Positions 19,673-31,116 are shown, counted from the first letter of the stretch. The stretch is DNA of 64,000 bases from a bacterium (GCA_965233585.1 CBDDTI010000747.1:832001-896000), one strand, 5' to 3'. Program-made: numbers and translations. The notes: generated by a model not told the origin, from the sequence alone.

Positions 19673-20842
19673 CTAACCCAAAGCAGAACGTTTGGTCACC
19701 ATGTTATCTGTTTGTGAGACCTCAAAGTTTGTGATGCCTAAATCCGTTACAATTTCTTGCACAACCTCAATGAGACGTTCCATCACCTGCTTGTTAAATG
19801 CACCAATGTTTCCCATGCGAAAGCTGTCAATACAAGTGAGTTTGCCCGGGTAAATGATAAATCCTTTTGCCTTCAAAAGATCATAAAATTGCACAAATTG
19901 AAAATTTGGGTCTTTGGGGCATAGAAAAGTGGTGATGATTGGGGAAAGCCATCTGTCTTCAAGTAAAGTTTGAAAGCCGATGCTTCTCATACCTTGCACC
20001 AGAATTTCAGCGTGCGTTTGGTAACGTTTGAGGCGTGCCTCAAGCCCTCCTTCTTCTTGATAAACTTTCAAAGCCTCCACAAATGCGGCAACGACATGCG
20101 TTGGTGGTGTATAGCGCCATTGCTTCGTTTTTTCCATGTAAATCCATTGGTCATGCAGGTCAAGACTCAATGAATGAGCATTGCCTTTTGCCTTTTCAAT
20201 TTCAGAAATTTGAGTGATAACAAAGCCTGTTCCTGGCACGCCTTCAATACATTTGTTAGATGATGCAATCAACGAATGTAAAGGCAGAGTTCTCAAATCA
20301 ATAGGCAATGCCCCAAACGCACTCATGGCATCAACAATCAAATGTTTGCCATGTTGATGCACCACCGTTGCGATGTCTTCCAATGGATTCAAAATTCCTG
20401 AACTGGTTTCGCAATAGACTAAAAAAACATGAGAAACATCAGGATTGTCTTTTAAAATAGCGTCTATTTCATCAGGCATAGGGGGCAGATAATCTCCTTT
20501 GTCTAACTCTATGATGTCTCTGCCTAAATACTCCAAAATTTTCTTGGCTCGCTGTCCATAAGTGCCATTCATCAAAACAAGGATTTTTGCATCATGGGGA
20601 GTCAAGGAGGCTAATGTCGCCTCTACTGCAAATGTCCCGGGTCCCTGTAACGGAACACACGTATATTTGCCATGACCATGACAAATATCTAAAATTGACA
20701 TTCTGACTTGATGAGTGAGGTTTTGAAAATCAGAATCCCATGAACCCCAGTCTTTCTGCATTGCTTGCTTGACTCGTGGGTGAGTCGTCAATGGTCCGGG
20801 AGTTAAAAGGTAAGGAGAATGAGAAGAGTTTTGAGTTGTCAT
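19673..20842 (-). CDS. phnW: 2-aminoethylphosphonate-pyruvate transaminase
   Basis: LLTPGPLTT, DWGSWD, DAMSAFG, SSNKCIEGVPG, QWRYTPPTH, IYPGKLT. Confidence 0.92.
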   Translation of the reverse strand: MTTQNSSHSPYLLTPGPLTTHPRVKQAMQKDWGSWDSDFQNLTHQVRMSILDICHGHGKYTCVPLQGPGTFAVEATLASLTPHDAKILVLMNGTYGQRAKKILEYLGRDIIELDKGDYLPPMPDEIDAILKDNPDVSHVFLVYCETSSGILNPLEDIATVVHQHGKHLIVDAMSAFGALPIDLRTLPLHSLIASSNKCIEGVPGTGFVITQISEIEKAKGNAHSLSLDLHDQWIYMEKTKQWRYTPPTHVVAAFVEALKVYQEEGGLEARLKRYQTHAEILVQGMRSIGFQTLLEDRWLSPIITTFLCPKDPNFQFVQFYDLLKAKGFIIYPGKLTCIDSFRMGNIGAFNKQVMERLIEVVQEIVTDLGITNFEVSQTDNMVTKRSALG

Positions 20843-21095
20843 CGTGCAAACTAATTAAAAAATTGATCAAAAATAGGTTATTATATACCCTGAACTGTAT
20901 GTAACTGAATGCTTTGAAATAAAGAATGAAGTTGTTCCTAAAAAAGAGAGCAACCATCACACCTGCATTGTTCAGTAGAATGATAATGATGCAGATTGGA
21001 TTCAATTTCAAAACATTTCTTAACCATACATTTAGAGATACAGCAAGACTCAATCCATTTTTTGTGATTGATTTAAGGCATTGTCAAAATTTTTT

Positions 21096-22046
21096 ATGAA
21101 TCACCCACCTACTTTTATTTCCTCTGATGCACTTGATGCTTTGATGTCATGGCGAGGGCTTGTGGATTCTTTAGAGTCCGCTCACTGTCTCAACACTGCC
21201 AAACTTGATGACCTATTGCTTGAGCAGGGTTCACAGTCTTTTTTAAATCGTGCCGCTTGGATTGACCAACATAGTCTTGGTCTCAAAACAGTCACCATTT
21301 TTCCTGAAAATTTGAAGCATGGAATACCCTCAGTACAAGGAGTTTTTATTTTGTTTGATGGTCAAACAGGGATTCCACAGGCATTCATTGATGGTGCGGC
21401 GATGACACGTTGGAAGACCGCTGCAGATTCCATACTTGGAGCAAAGCTATTAGCAAGAAAAGATGCCAAAAAATTGCTGATGATTGGTGCTGGCACCATG
21501 GCAAAAACCCTTGTTGAAGCGTTCCCTGAGGTGTTACTAACACTCAAAGAAGTTCAAATTTGGAATCGTACACCCGAACGTGCAAAGCAATTAGTTCAGT
21601 CAGTCAATCGCAATGGACAAAATTGCAATGTCACCGTTGCAAACGATTTAGCACAAGCAGTGCAAGAGGCAGACATCATTTCTTGTGCAACTATGTGTGA
21701 ACAACCTATCCTACAAGGGCGACATCTTCGTCAAGGACAACATATTGATTTGATAGGCTCTTACAACTTAAAAACTCGTGAGGCAGATGACCAAGTGTTG
21801 CAAGTTGGCAAGCTCTTTGTTGATTTAAGACAAACTGCACTAGAAACAGGAGAGTTGTCTCAACCTATACAAAATGGCATCATTTCTAAACAAGACATAC
21901 TAGGTGATTTGTACGATCTTGTCACTCAAAAAGTGGGCAGAAGTGATGATTCAGAAATCACTATTTTTAAAAATGCAGGAGGCGCACACCTTGATTTGAT
22001 GTGTGCCTTGTATGCACTCAAACAAAAGGAATCATTTAAGGAGTAA
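21096..22046 (+). CDS. Ornithine cyclodeaminase/mu-crystallin family protein
   Basis: KTAADS, IGAGTMA, IWNRT, FKNAGGAHLD. Confidence 0.88.
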   Translation: MNHPPTFISSDALDALMSWRGLVDSLESAHCLNTAKLDDLLLEQGSQSFLNRAAWIDQHSLGLKTVTIFPENLKHGIPSVQGVFILFDGQTGIPQAFIDGAAMTRWKTAADSILGAKLLARKDAKKLLMIGAGTMAKTLVEAFPEVLLTLKEVQIWNRTPERAKQLVQSVNRNGQNCNVTVANDLAQAVQEADIISCATMCEQPILQGRHLRQGQHIDLIGSYNLKTREADDQVLQVGKLFVDLRQTALETGELSQPIQNGIISKQDILGDLYDLVTQKVGRSDDSEITIFKNAGGAHLDLMCALYALKQKESFKE

Positions 22047-22049
22047 CTG

Positions 22050-22871
22050 ATGAAAAATATTTATCAACAAAAAAACTATCACATTGGATTTGGAACATAC
22101 CCTTTACAAGGGAAAGAGTTGGAAGATGCCTTGTTGTGCGCCTTTAATGTCGGCTATCGTGCCGTTGATACTGCTCAAATGTATGCCAACGAGTCTGATG
22201 TTGCCCGAATCATCAAAAAATCAGGCATTCCTCAACATGAATTTTTTATCACAACCAAAGTCCAGCCCAGTAACTTCCAAGCAGAACGTTTCATTTCTTC
22301 AGTTCAAACAAGCCTGCAAAAGTTAAAAGTAGATGCAGTGGACTGCTTGCTTTTACATTGGCCTCCTGATGGTGGAATGATTCAATCCTCTCTGGAACTT
22401 TTACAAGAAGCCTATCAGAAAGGATTAGCCAAGCATATTGGAGTCAGCAATTACACTGCTGCGATGATGAAACAAGCACAGCAAATCGTTTCTGTGCCAA
22501 TTTGTGTCAATCAAGTAGAGTTTCATCCTTTGCTGAATCAACAAAAACTTTTACAAGCCTCGCAAGAAACACAAATCCCACTTTCTGCCTATTGTCCTGT
22601 GGCTCGTGGTCAGGTCTTTCAATACAGCTTGTTTGACCAGATTGCTCAAAAACACGGTAAATCGTCAGGGCAAGTGGTGCTTCGTTGGATTTTACAAAAA
22701 GGAGTGGTCACTCAAGTCATGTCTTCTAATCCCAAAAACATCAAACTCAATTATCAAATTGATGATTTTGAACTTTCTCAGGAGGACATGCTTACGATTG
22801 ATGAACTGAATCAAGTCAATTTAAGAATTGTAGACCGTCATCTGGTACCTTGGGCGCCAGAGTGGGATTAA
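22050..22871 (+). CDS. Aldo/keto reductase
   Basis: GFGTY, GYRAVDTAQMYANE, LLHWP, IGVSNY. Confidence 0.92.
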   Translation: MKNIYQQKNYHIGFGTYPLQGKELEDALLCAFNVGYRAVDTAQMYANESDVARIIKKSGIPQHEFFITTKVQPSNFQAERFISSVQTSLQKLKVDAVDCLLLHWPPDGGMIQSSLELLQEAYQKGLAKHIGVSNYTAAMMKQAQQIVSVPICVNQVEFHPLLNQQKLLQASQETQIPLSAYCPVARGQVFQYSLFDQIAQKHGKSSGQVVLRWILQKGVVTQVMSSNPKNIKLNYQIDDFELSQEDMLTIDELNQVNLRIVDRHLVPWAPEWD

Positions 22872-24076
22872 ATCACCCCTGCATATTTTTTCAAATAAAG
22901 ATAGGGCGTGGTGAGCTGACCATTGGAACAAAGAGTTGCATTGGCAATGCGTCCGTCATCTTCCCCCAAATAAAAAGGCAACATTTGCGTCAATAGTGAC
23001 TCTCCAAAAAAAGTGGAGGCATCGCATGGGATACAGCTTGGTAGGTTATCTACTGCTGTGATTGTGATGTTTTCGTTTTTAGAAAAAGCAGGGAGTTCTT
23101 TGCCTGTCTGCCTGTCTATGTCATAGGCAATGTTTTCTGAGGTACTTTCACGTAGTGTGGTGGGAATGGGTCCGGGCAGGTCGCATGAAATGTCTGAAAT
23201 GACTGAAATGGGAAAAGTATGAGGATTTGCAATGTCTGACATCTCAAAAAAAACAGGTGAGAGACTATCCCAATAATGTCCTGAAATGTAAACGTCCGAT
23301 GTTTGAGCATATTTGAGAAAACAACTTTGATAATCTGATTTAGGATTGTCAAAAAAATCTTCAGCAACCAAAGGACGACCATCACTTCGTTCCATATAAT
23401 CTTGCACGTCAAGCGAGACAAAAACACCTTGCTCATGTTCTGACAAGTAGCGTTGTGCAGAAACTTGCCTGAATCCTGCTTTTTTCAACACTAAAACGAT
23501 CCCGCTGTTGACTCTTCCCCCGTGACCTGTTGTCATCACACGAGCCTTGATTTTGGGTAATTCTGAAACCACTTGTTCAAGGTGTTTGACTCCTTGCAAC
23601 GTATGAACAGGAGGCAGCTGGAACGTTCCTGTTTTTTTTCCATAGCTTAATAATGCGTTGTATGCCCCCACAATTCCTGCTTCACGTCCGAATGCTGTCA
23701 GTCTTTGTCCGTTGGGTGCAACAAGCATTTCATAGTCAATCATTGTGATTGACTTAGCCAGCAGTGCCTGCATTAATTTTTGATTGTGAGCTTGTTCTTT
23801 AATCGTGTGGGAAAAGAAGGCGTAGGTTTTGTTGGGGATTAAATTTGCGATCGGTACTTCTTTCACACCCAATAGTAAATCGCATGCTGACAAGTCTTCT
23901 TGTAAAGTGACGCCTAAATCTGCATAGGCTTTGTCTGGAAAGCAACGGTTTGGGCTGGGTTGCACTAGCGCTGAAACCCCAAATTTTTCTTGAGCAGCAA
24001 GTGCTTGTTGAGGAGTCAAAGGCACACGAAAATCTGGGGGAACTTTCCCCTCACGTAAAAGACCGATTTGAGTCAT
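22868..24076 (-). CDS. Saccharopine dehydrogenase/lysine-ketoglutarate reductase-like (AlaDh/PNT family) oxidoreductase
   Basis: REGKVPPDFRVPLTP, GVKEVP, FFSHTIKEQ, DISCD, AVDNLP. Confidence 0.82.
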   Translation of the reverse strand: MTQIGLLREGKVPPDFRVPLTPQQALAAQEKFGVSALVQPSPNRCFPDKAYADLGVTLQEDLSACDLLLGVKEVPIANLIPNKTYAFFSHTIKEQAHNQKLMQALLAKSITMIDYEMLVAPNGQRLTAFGREAGIVGAYNALLSYGKKTGTFQLPPVHTLQGVKHLEQVVSELPKIKARVMTTGHGGRVNSGIVLVLKKAGFRQVSAQRYLSEHEQGVFVSLDVQDYMERSDGRPLVAEDFFDNPKSDYQSCFLKYAQTSDVYISGHYWDSLSPVFFEMSDIANPHTFPISVISDISCDLPGPIPTTLRESTSENIAYDIDRQTGKELPAFSKNENITITAVDNLPSCIPCDASTFFGESLLTQMLPFYLGEDDGRIANATLCSNGQLTTPYLYLKKYAGVI

Positions 24077-24107
24077 AGTTGAATTTTTAAGACAAAATTA
24101 AAAACTG

Positions 24108-24485
24108 TCAGGACTCACCTTGCGTATAGTTTTTTCCCATTTTCCAAAAAAATGAGACAAGGGATTCCCGCACTGGAGGAATCAAAAGTCCTAATCCTAC
24201 AAGGTCACTGATGACTCCAGTCAAAACAAGCGACCCACCTGAAACAAGCAGAAGCAAAGCATCAAGCAGTTCTTCTGTTGGTGGACGCCTTTGCCTTAAT
24301 TCTAAAGCTAAAAGATTCCACAATGAAAAATCCCCGCCCCGCAAAAGAAACAAACCTGCCACTCCAGAAATTCCACACAAGAAAACCACTGTCTGCAAAG
24401 AAGTGCTGAGACTGATTTGTAAAAGAAGCCACAACTCTAAAGACAAGAGTAGAAAGAGTGACATCCAAAACAAACTAAGCATCAT
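24108..24485 (-). CDS. fxsA: FxsA family membrane protein
   Basis: LELWLL, TGVISDLVGLGLLIPPVR pattern. Confidence 0.7.
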   Translation of the reverse strand: MMLSLFWMSLFLLLSLELWLLLQISLSTSLQTVVFLCGISGVAGLFLLRGGDFSLWNLLALELRQRRPPTEELLDALLLLVSGGSLVLTGVISDLVGLGLLIPPVRESLVSFFWKMGKNYTQGES

Positions 24486-24499
24486 CTTGAGAAAAATTG

Positions 24500-25726
24500 T
24501 TATTGCATGAGTATTATTTTGAAACCTTCTTGCTTCAAAACTTTTTTGATTTCTTGCTGATGCTCTTCTCCCTTCGTTTCTAGTGCAATCGTGACATTGG
24601 CGTCTCCGTATGCAAGATTGGTAGAAACGCGGTCGTATTCAATATGAATGATGTTGGCTTGCAATCCTGTCAGGAGTTCAGTCAATATCATCAGACTCCC
24701 CGGTTTGTCAACCAGAGTGATGTAAAACTTCATCGTTCTACAAGATTTGGAAAGTCCTTTTTCTATGATGATAGACAGCATGTTGACGTCAATGTTTCCA
24801 CCACTTAGCAGGCAAACAACGTGAGCATCTCTGTGAAATTCAAGTTTTCTACTGAGCAATGCAGCCGCTCCAACAGCCCCTGCACCTTCTACTGAAACCT
24901 TCTGCTTTTCTAATAAAAAAAGAATAGCTGATGCAATTTCATCATCATCTACCTCCACAATTCTGTCCACATACTGGCAAATGTAGCCATAGGTTTTTTG
25001 ATGCACCTTACGCACAGCAATACCGTCAGCAATGGTTTGAACACTGTCAGTTGAGCAAATTTCTCTTGTGAAAAAAGAATTTTTCATAGCAGGTGCGCCT
25101 TTGGCTGTGACTCCAATGACTTGAGTTTTAGGACTCACTGTTTTGATGACACGTGCCACGCCTGAAATCAACCCTCCGCCCCCAATAGGAACTAAAATGG
25201 CGTCAGGTTGTTCAACGCTTTTTAACACCTCAAGACCTAATGTTCCTTGCCCAGTAATGACATCATCATCAGCAAAAGGGTGAACGAAAGTCAATTTTTG
25301 CTCTTGGCACAATTCTAATGCTTTGGTGTAGGCTTCATCGTAGTTATTACCTGACAACACAACTGTAGCATCATAACTTTTGACTCCATTGATTTTAGTG
25401 AGAGGCGTATTTTCTGGCATGACAATCGTTGCAGGAATCCCAAAATGACTTCCTGCAAAAGCGACCCCCTGTGCGTGATTCCCTGCACTTGCGGCAATGA
25501 TTCCTCTGCTTCTTTCTTCTTCAGTGAGTAAAGAGACTTTGTTAAACGCTCCTCTAATCTTAAAAGAACCAGTCGTCTGCAAGTTTTCTTTTTTGAGATA
25601 AATCTGGCTTCTGCAAATTTGGCTAAGCATGGGTGCAAAACTCAAAGGCGTTTCTAAAATCACCGATTGCAAGCTGTGTTCTGTTTGCTGGACTTTTTGT
25701 AAAAATTCTTGGTCAGATAAGGTCAT
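24500..25726 (-). CDS. ilvA: Threonine ammonia-lyase (medium form with ACT domain)
   Basis: ENLQTTGSFKIRGA, SAGNHAQG, SGGNID, DKPGSL ACT domain. Confidence 0.93.
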   Translation of the reverse strand: MTLSDQEFLQKVQQTEHSLQSVILETPLSFAPMLSQICRSQIYLKKENLQTTGSFKIRGAFNKVSLLTEEERSRGIIAASAGNHAQGVAFAGSHFGIPATIVMPENTPLTKINGVKSYDATVVLSGNNYDEAYTKALELCQEQKLTFVHPFADDDVITGQGTLGLEVLKSVEQPDAILVPIGGGGLISGVARVIKTVSPKTQVIGVTAKGAPAMKNSFFTREICSTDSVQTIADGIAVRKVHQKTYGYICQYVDRIVEVDDDEIASAILFLLEKQKVSVEGAGAVGAAALLSRKLEFHRDAHVVCLLSGGNIDVNMLSIIIEKGLSKSCRTMKFYITLVDKPGSLMILTELLTGLQANIIHIEYDRVSTNLAYGDANVTIALETKGEEHQQEIKKVLKQEGFKIILMQ

Positions 25727-25865
25727 TGCATTATTTTTGGGATAAATCAGGGGTGAAAAGTTTCAAAAAATCTGTCATGGAGAATATCATAAAAATCATT
25801 ATCTTTTGGCGTCAAGCAAAAATCTATTCTGCATCTCAAAGTGTTGTTGTCATTTTGAATTGGCA

Positions 25866-27314
25866 CTAGATAGATGATGTTTGGATAGCGTCTTGGTACA
25901 TGATTTCATACTGTTTGGCGGCTTGTTCCCAGTCAAAACGCATTTTCATTGCTTGATTTCTCATCTTGAGAATATGATTTGGTTTTTGGTACCAGGTGTC
26001 AATGGCAGTGCGTAATGCCTCAAACAACTCTTGCTGTTCAGGTTTTTCAAAAACAAATCCTGTGCCTTTTCCAGATTTGGGATTGTATTGTTGAACTGTG
26101 TCTTTCAGTCCACCAACAGAACGAACAATCGGAAGTGTGCCATAAGACATGCTGTACATTTGGTTCAATCCGCATGGTTCATAGAGAGAAGGCATGATAA
26201 AAAAGTCTGCACCTGCTTCTATTTTATGAGCCAATTCATTGCTGTATCGTCCACGCCAGCCCATATTTTTTGGGAAAATGGTTCGCCACATATAAAAATC
26301 TTGCTCTAACTTGGACTCACCTGTGCCAAGTACGACCAGCTGGACAGGCATGCTCAAAAAGGAGTACATAACTGGCATCAGATAATAAAATCCTTTTTGC
26401 CACGTCAGACGGCTGACAATCGCAAACAAAGGTAGTTCTGGGTTCACATCTAAACTAAACTCCTGTTGCAAGTCAGCTTTACACTGTTGTTTACCTTTGA
26501 TATTTTCAACAGAGTACGTGGCAGAAACGAACGGGTCAGTCTTGGGATTCCATTCAGAATAATCACAGCCATTTAAAATTCCCCTCAGCGCTTGACCTTT
26601 GTTTCGGAAGGAAGTTTCAAGTCCATGCCCACCGGGAGTGTCACATAATTCTTTCGCATAAGACTCGCTGACTGCATTCACTTGGTCTGCCCAAAAAATA
26701 CCCCCTTTGAGCAAATTAACCCCTCCAAAATCTTCAAACATCTCTGACACAAAATGCGGTTCTTCAATGCCTAAAAAGTGCCTTTTGTCACCGGGAAATT
26801 TACCTTGAAATGCAGAATTATGAATAGACAAAACAGATTGAGTCTTTGGGAAATCGCTTGCGTATTTTGTTTTGAGATAATAGGAAGTGATGGCAGTCTG
26901 CCAGTCGTGGCAGTGAATGACATCAGGCAAGAAACCGATGCTTTTGCAAAACTCTAAAGAGGCACAGCTTAAAAAGGCAAAACGTTCTGCATTGTCAGGA
27001 TATTCCCATGCACCATCGTCATAAAGTCCACTGCGGAAAAAGAAATCATATCTTTCTAACAGATAAACTGTTAAACGACCAAACTTGACCTGATTGACAG
27101 ATGCCCAAAGCGTTTCACTTCCCATCGGCACGCCAAGTTGATTTAAAACATTTTCTGCACTCATTTCTTCTGCAATCACCTGATAGTGAGGAATAAAAAC
27201 TCTGACGTCATGTCCAATGTTTAAAAGTGCTTCAGGCAATGCCCGTCCCACATCTGCAAGACCGCCTGTTTTCACCAGACCTGTACACTCTGAAACAACA
27301 AATAATATGTTCAT
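25866..27314 (-). CDS. glgA: Glycogen synthase
   Basis: KTGGLADV, HCHDWQ, PSLYEPCGLNQ. Confidence 0.96.
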   Translation of the reverse strand: MNILFVVSECTGLVKTGGLADVGRALPEALLNIGHDVRVFIPHYQVIAEEMSAENVLNQLGVPMGSETLWASVNQVKFGRLTVYLLERYDFFFRSGLYDDGAWEYPDNAERFAFLSCASLEFCKSIGFLPDVIHCHDWQTAITSYYLKTKYASDFPKTQSVLSIHNSAFQGKFPGDKRHFLGIEEPHFVSEMFEDFGGVNLLKGGIFWADQVNAVSESYAKELCDTPGGHGLETSFRNKGQALRGILNGCDYSEWNPKTDPFVSATYSVENIKGKQQCKADLQQEFSLDVNPELPLFAIVSRLTWQKGFYYLMPVMYSFLSMPVQLVVLGTGESKLEQDFYMWRTIFPKNMGWRGRYSNELAHKIEAGADFFIMPSLYEPCGLNQMYSMSYGTLPIVRSVGGLKDTVQQYNPKSGKGTGFVFEKPEQQELFEALRTAIDTWYQKPNHILKMRNQAMKMRFDWEQAAKQYEIMYQDAIQTSSI

Positions 27315-27478
27315 ATTTTTTTGGGAAATTAGGTGTAGAAATGATGGTTCAGCTCAATCCCTTTTTTCAAAACACTACCGCTGACTTTTTCCGCTTAAGT
27401 AGGACTCATAAAGAATGCCCACAAACGAAGTATTGATGAGAAAATCGCAAGAGATTTTGAGGCGATAGAAGTTCGTGA

Positions 27479-28705
27479 TTAGCTCCCCCAGTCATACCCT
27501 TTAGGAACAACGACCACTCCGTTTTCGCTCACAGTGAAACGTGAGCGGTCTTCTTCTGAGTCAAAACCAATACTTGTTTTTTCAGGGATAACGACATCTT
27601 TGTCAATGATGGCTCGTTGGATTCTGCAATGCCTGCCAATGTCCACATCACCCAAAATGACAGAGTCATAAACTTCTGAATAACTATGGACACGAACGTG
27701 GGGACTGAAAACAGAACCTTTCACTAATGCACCGCTGATGATACAGCCATCAGAGATGACAGAGTTGACAGCAGTCCCTGTTCTTGCCTCTTCATCATGG
27801 ACGAATTTAGCAGGGGGTGCAAAGTTGTTTTGAGACACAATCGGCCATTCCCTATTGTAAAGGCTAAAAATGGGTTCAATATTGACCAAATCTAAATTGG
27901 CTTCCCAGTACGCATCAAGTGTGCCAACGTCTCTCCAATAACCATGGTCTCTCGCAGTGGAGCCGGGGACTTTGTTGTTTTGGAAGTTATAAACAAAAAC
28001 TCGTTCGCTGGGAAACATGTTTGGAATGATATTTTGACCAAAATCATGTGCAGAATCTTTGTCTTCTTGGTCTGCTACCAGATACTCCATCAACATCACA
28101 GGGTCAAAAATATAATTTCCCATAGATGCCAAAACGTAGCCCGGGTAGTTTGGTGCTTCTGGCGGCTTGCCTTTTGGTTTTTCACAAAATCCAATCATTC
28201 TCCAATTTTTATCTACTTCAATGACGCCAAAGTGCTTGGCTTGTTCAACAGGTACCAGCAAAGCGGCAACTGTCAGATTGGCACGTTTTTCCAAATGGAA
28301 GTTAAGCATCTGTCGGACGTCCATGCGGTAAATATGATCACCACTAAAAATGCAAAGTAGGTCATAATCTTCGTCAGTAATCAGGTTACCATTTTGATAA
28401 ACGGCATCTGCCGTGCCACGGTACCAGTCCTCGCTAATTCGCATTTGTGCAGGCACAGGGTCAATAAATGCCCCTGTCATGCCACTCATTCTCCAGTTTT
28501 GACGCAAATGAATATGCAAAGAATGAGACTTGAATTGTGTTAACAAGTAAATACGGGACAACCCTGAATTGAGAAAATTGCTCAAAACAAAGTCAATGAT
28601 ACGATAATTTCCCCCAAAAGGAACTGCGGGCTTTGTTCGCATTTTGGTCAAAGGATAGAGCCTTTTTCCTGTTCCACCTGCCAAGATCATTGATAATACT
28701 TTCAT
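27479..28705 (-). CDS. glgC: Glucose-1-phosphate adenylyltransferase
   Basis: LAGGTGKRL, KPAVPFGG, GTADAV, YWRDVGT. Confidence 0.96.
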   Translation of the reverse strand: MKVLSMILAGGTGKRLYPLTKMRTKPAVPFGGNYRIIDFVLSNFLNSGLSRIYLLTQFKSHSLHIHLRQNWRMSGMTGAFIDPVPAQMRISEDWYRGTADAVYQNGNLITDEDYDLLCIFSGDHIYRMDVRQMLNFHLEKRANLTVAALLVPVEQAKHFGVIEVDKNWRMIGFCEKPKGKPPEAPNYPGYVLASMGNYIFDPVMLMEYLVADQEDKDSAHDFGQNIIPNMFPSERVFVYNFQNNKVPGSTARDHGYWRDVGTLDAYWEANLDLVNIEPIFSLYNREWPIVSQNNFAPPAKFVHDEEARTGTAVNSVISDGCIISGALVKGSVFSPHVRVHSYSEVYDSVILGDVDIGRHCRIQRAIIDKDVVIPEKTSIGFDSEEDRSRFTVSENGVVVVPKGYDWGS

Positions 28706-28890
28706 GAGATTACGACTAAAAAGGGTTGCATATTCAGTAGATAAGACTTTACCATATCCACGACTTTAAGATAAGGACATGACTAGGTTCATAAGTTAGT
28801 GAAAATAGTGAATTATAGCAAGTCAAATCTGTTATACTTAATTGACATGACCATTATCTCATCTATCAAACTTTAATTTCAGAGAAAACA

Positions 28891-31110
28891 ATGCTTAAAA
28901 TCAGCCAAGAAGAACGGCAACGTCTCATAAAAGCCTCCCATCACGCACCTCGTTCTGTTTTGGGATTCCATGAAATCTCTGATGAAAATCAGAACAAAAT
29001 TTGGGTCATTCGTGTTTTTGAGCCTGACGCACAGCAGGTTTATTTGTCGTGGGAAGAAAGTCAAGTTCAAGAACAAGAGCTTGAACAAATTGACCCTGAC
29101 GGATTATTTCAACTGCAAATGCCTCGTCAAGCCAGCCTTTCTCCATATCTGCTTCGGGTGGTTTACAAAAATGGTCATGAGTGTACCAAACATGACCCCT
29201 ATTATTTTGCACCAGAATTAAGTGAGTTTGACCTGCATCTTTTTGGGGAGGGAAATCATCATCACATCTATCATAAACTTGGAGCGCATCTGATGACACA
29301 ACAAAATGTCAAAGGAGTGCGTTTTGCTGTTTGGGCGCCAAGTGCAAAGCGGGTGAGTGTTGTTGGTGACTTCAACTATTGGGACGGCAGAAAACACGCG
29401 ATGCAAAGTCTTGGGAGTTCTGGCGTTTGGGAGTTGTTCATTCCAAATGTCAAGGAAGGAGACCTTTATAAATACGAAATCCTTTCACAAAGCCATGAAA
29501 TTCACATTAAAACAGACCCCTATGGCTTTTATTCACAAATCCGACCCGATACAGCGTCGCGTGTGGCAAACCTAGATTCTTACCAATGGAACGATCAAGA
29601 CTGGCAAAAAGATGTCCGAGATAAAAAACAAATCAGTGAACCCATCAACATCTATGAAGTCCACCTTGGTTCATGGAAACTTGTACTCCACGAGGGCAAT
29701 CGTTTTCTCACATACCGAGAAATGGCAACAGAGTTGATTCCTTATGTTCAAGACATGGGGTACACCCATATAGAATTGCTTGGCATTTTAGAATATCCTT
29801 TTGATGGTTCATGGGGCTATCAGGTCACAGGATACTATGCACCTACATCAAGATATGGCTCACCGCAAGACTTCATGTTTTTGATTGACGCCTGTCATCA
29901 AGCCAATTTAGGAGTGATCATAGACTGGATTCCTGCCCACTTTCCCAAAGATTCACATGGATTGAGTCTTTTTGACGGGACGTGCCTGTATGAACATTCT
30001 GACCCTTTGCAAGGAGAACATAGAGATTGGGGGACAAAAATTTTTAACTATGGTCGCAATGAAGTGCGGAATTTTTTAATCTCAAGTGCCTTGTTTTGGT
30101 TTGATAAATACCACGTTGACGGCTTGCGAGTAGATGCTGTGGCATCAATGATTTATTTGGATTACAGCAGGGAAGATGGTCAGTGGATCCCAAATTGTTA
30201 CGGGGGCAAAGAAAACCTTGAGGCATTGCATTTTTTACGTTCCATGAATGAGGTCTTGTTTCATTACTATCCAGGCGCCTTGTCCATTGCAGAAGAATCC
30301 ACAGCATTTCATGGTGTCAGCCACCCCACTTATGTTGGGGGTCTTGGTTTTAACTTCAAATGGAACATGGGTTGGATGAATGACTCTTTGCAATACATCA
30401 GCAAAGACTCTATCTATCGGGGTTATGACAATCATCTAATTACTTTTTCCATGATCTATGCGTATTCAGAGAATTATATTTTGCCAATTTCACACGATGA
30501 AGTGGTACACGGCAAAGGTTCACTGCTTTCCAAAATGCCGGGTGATGAATGGCAAAAACGTGCCAATCACCGATTGTATCTGAGCTTCAAAATGGCACAC
30601 CCTGGCAAAAAGCTGTTGTTCATGGGATCAGAATTCGGACAGTGGGAAGAGTGGCACGAATGGAGTAGTTTGGATTGGCACTTAGTAGAGTCTTTTGAAA
30701 CTCATCAACAACTACAATCTTTTTGTAAAACGCTTAACTGGTTTTATCGCAACCATGAGTCTTTGTACTCCAGCGACACTCAGCCGGAAGGCTTTGAATG
30801 GATTGACCACCACGACCATAACAACAGTGTTTATTCTTTTGCTAGAAAATCGTTAGACGGGCAGAAGTCTCCAATCATCTTTATTTTTAATTTCACTCCT
30901 GTTCCAAGAGACAACTATCGCATTGGAGTCCCCGATGCAGGGCTTTACCAAAAATTGATAGACTCAGATGCTCATCAATTTGGAGGCAGTGGGTACAATC
31001 AACAGCCCACCCTTCACACAGACTCCATTGCATCGCATTGGAGAAATCAGAGTTTAAGCCTGAATCTTCCCCCCCTAGGTGCAATGGCGTTTCAGCTGCA
31101 AACTCTTTGA
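28891..31110 (+). CDS. glgB: 1,4-alpha-glucan branching enzyme
   Basis: FAVWAP, YEVHLGSW, RVDAVASM, AEEST, SHDEVVHGK. Confidence 0.97.
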   Translation: MLKISQEERQRLIKASHHAPRSVLGFHEISDENQNKIWVIRVFEPDAQQVYLSWEESQVQEQELEQIDPDGLFQLQMPRQASLSPYLLRVVYKNGHECTKHDPYYFAPELSEFDLHLFGEGNHHHIYHKLGAHLMTQQNVKGVRFAVWAPSAKRVSVVGDFNYWDGRKHAMQSLGSSGVWELFIPNVKEGDLYKYEILSQSHEIHIKTDPYGFYSQIRPDTASRVANLDSYQWNDQDWQKDVRDKKQISEPINIYEVHLGSWKLVLHEGNRFLTYREMATELIPYVQDMGYTHIELLGILEYPFDGSWGYQVTGYYAPTSRYGSPQDFMFLIDACHQANLGVIIDWIPAHFPKDSHGLSLFDGTCLYEHSDPLQGEHRDWGTKIFNYGRNEVRNFLISSALFWFDKYHVDGLRVDAVASMIYLDYSREDGQWIPNCYGGKENLEALHFLRSMNEVLFHYYPGALSIAEESTAFHGVSHPTYVGGLGFNFKWNMGWMNDSLQYISKDSIYRGYDNHLITFSMIYAYSENYILPISHDEVVHGKGSLLSKMPGDEWQKRANHRLYLSFKMAHPGKKLLFMGSEFGQWEEWHEWSSLDWHLVESFETHQQLQSFCKTLNWFYRNHESLYSSDTQPEGFEWIDHHDHNNSVYSFARKSLDGQKSPIIFIFNFTPVPRDNYRIGVPDAGLYQKLIDSDAHQFGGSGYNQQPTLHTDSIASHWRNQSLSLNLPPLGAMAFQLQTL

Positions 31111-31116
31111 AAATTG

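Noticed and set aside
20730..21053. 107-aa minus-strand ORF upstream of phnW
   Set aside because: Overlaps phnW out of frame, has AT-rich intergenic composition and no recognisable motif
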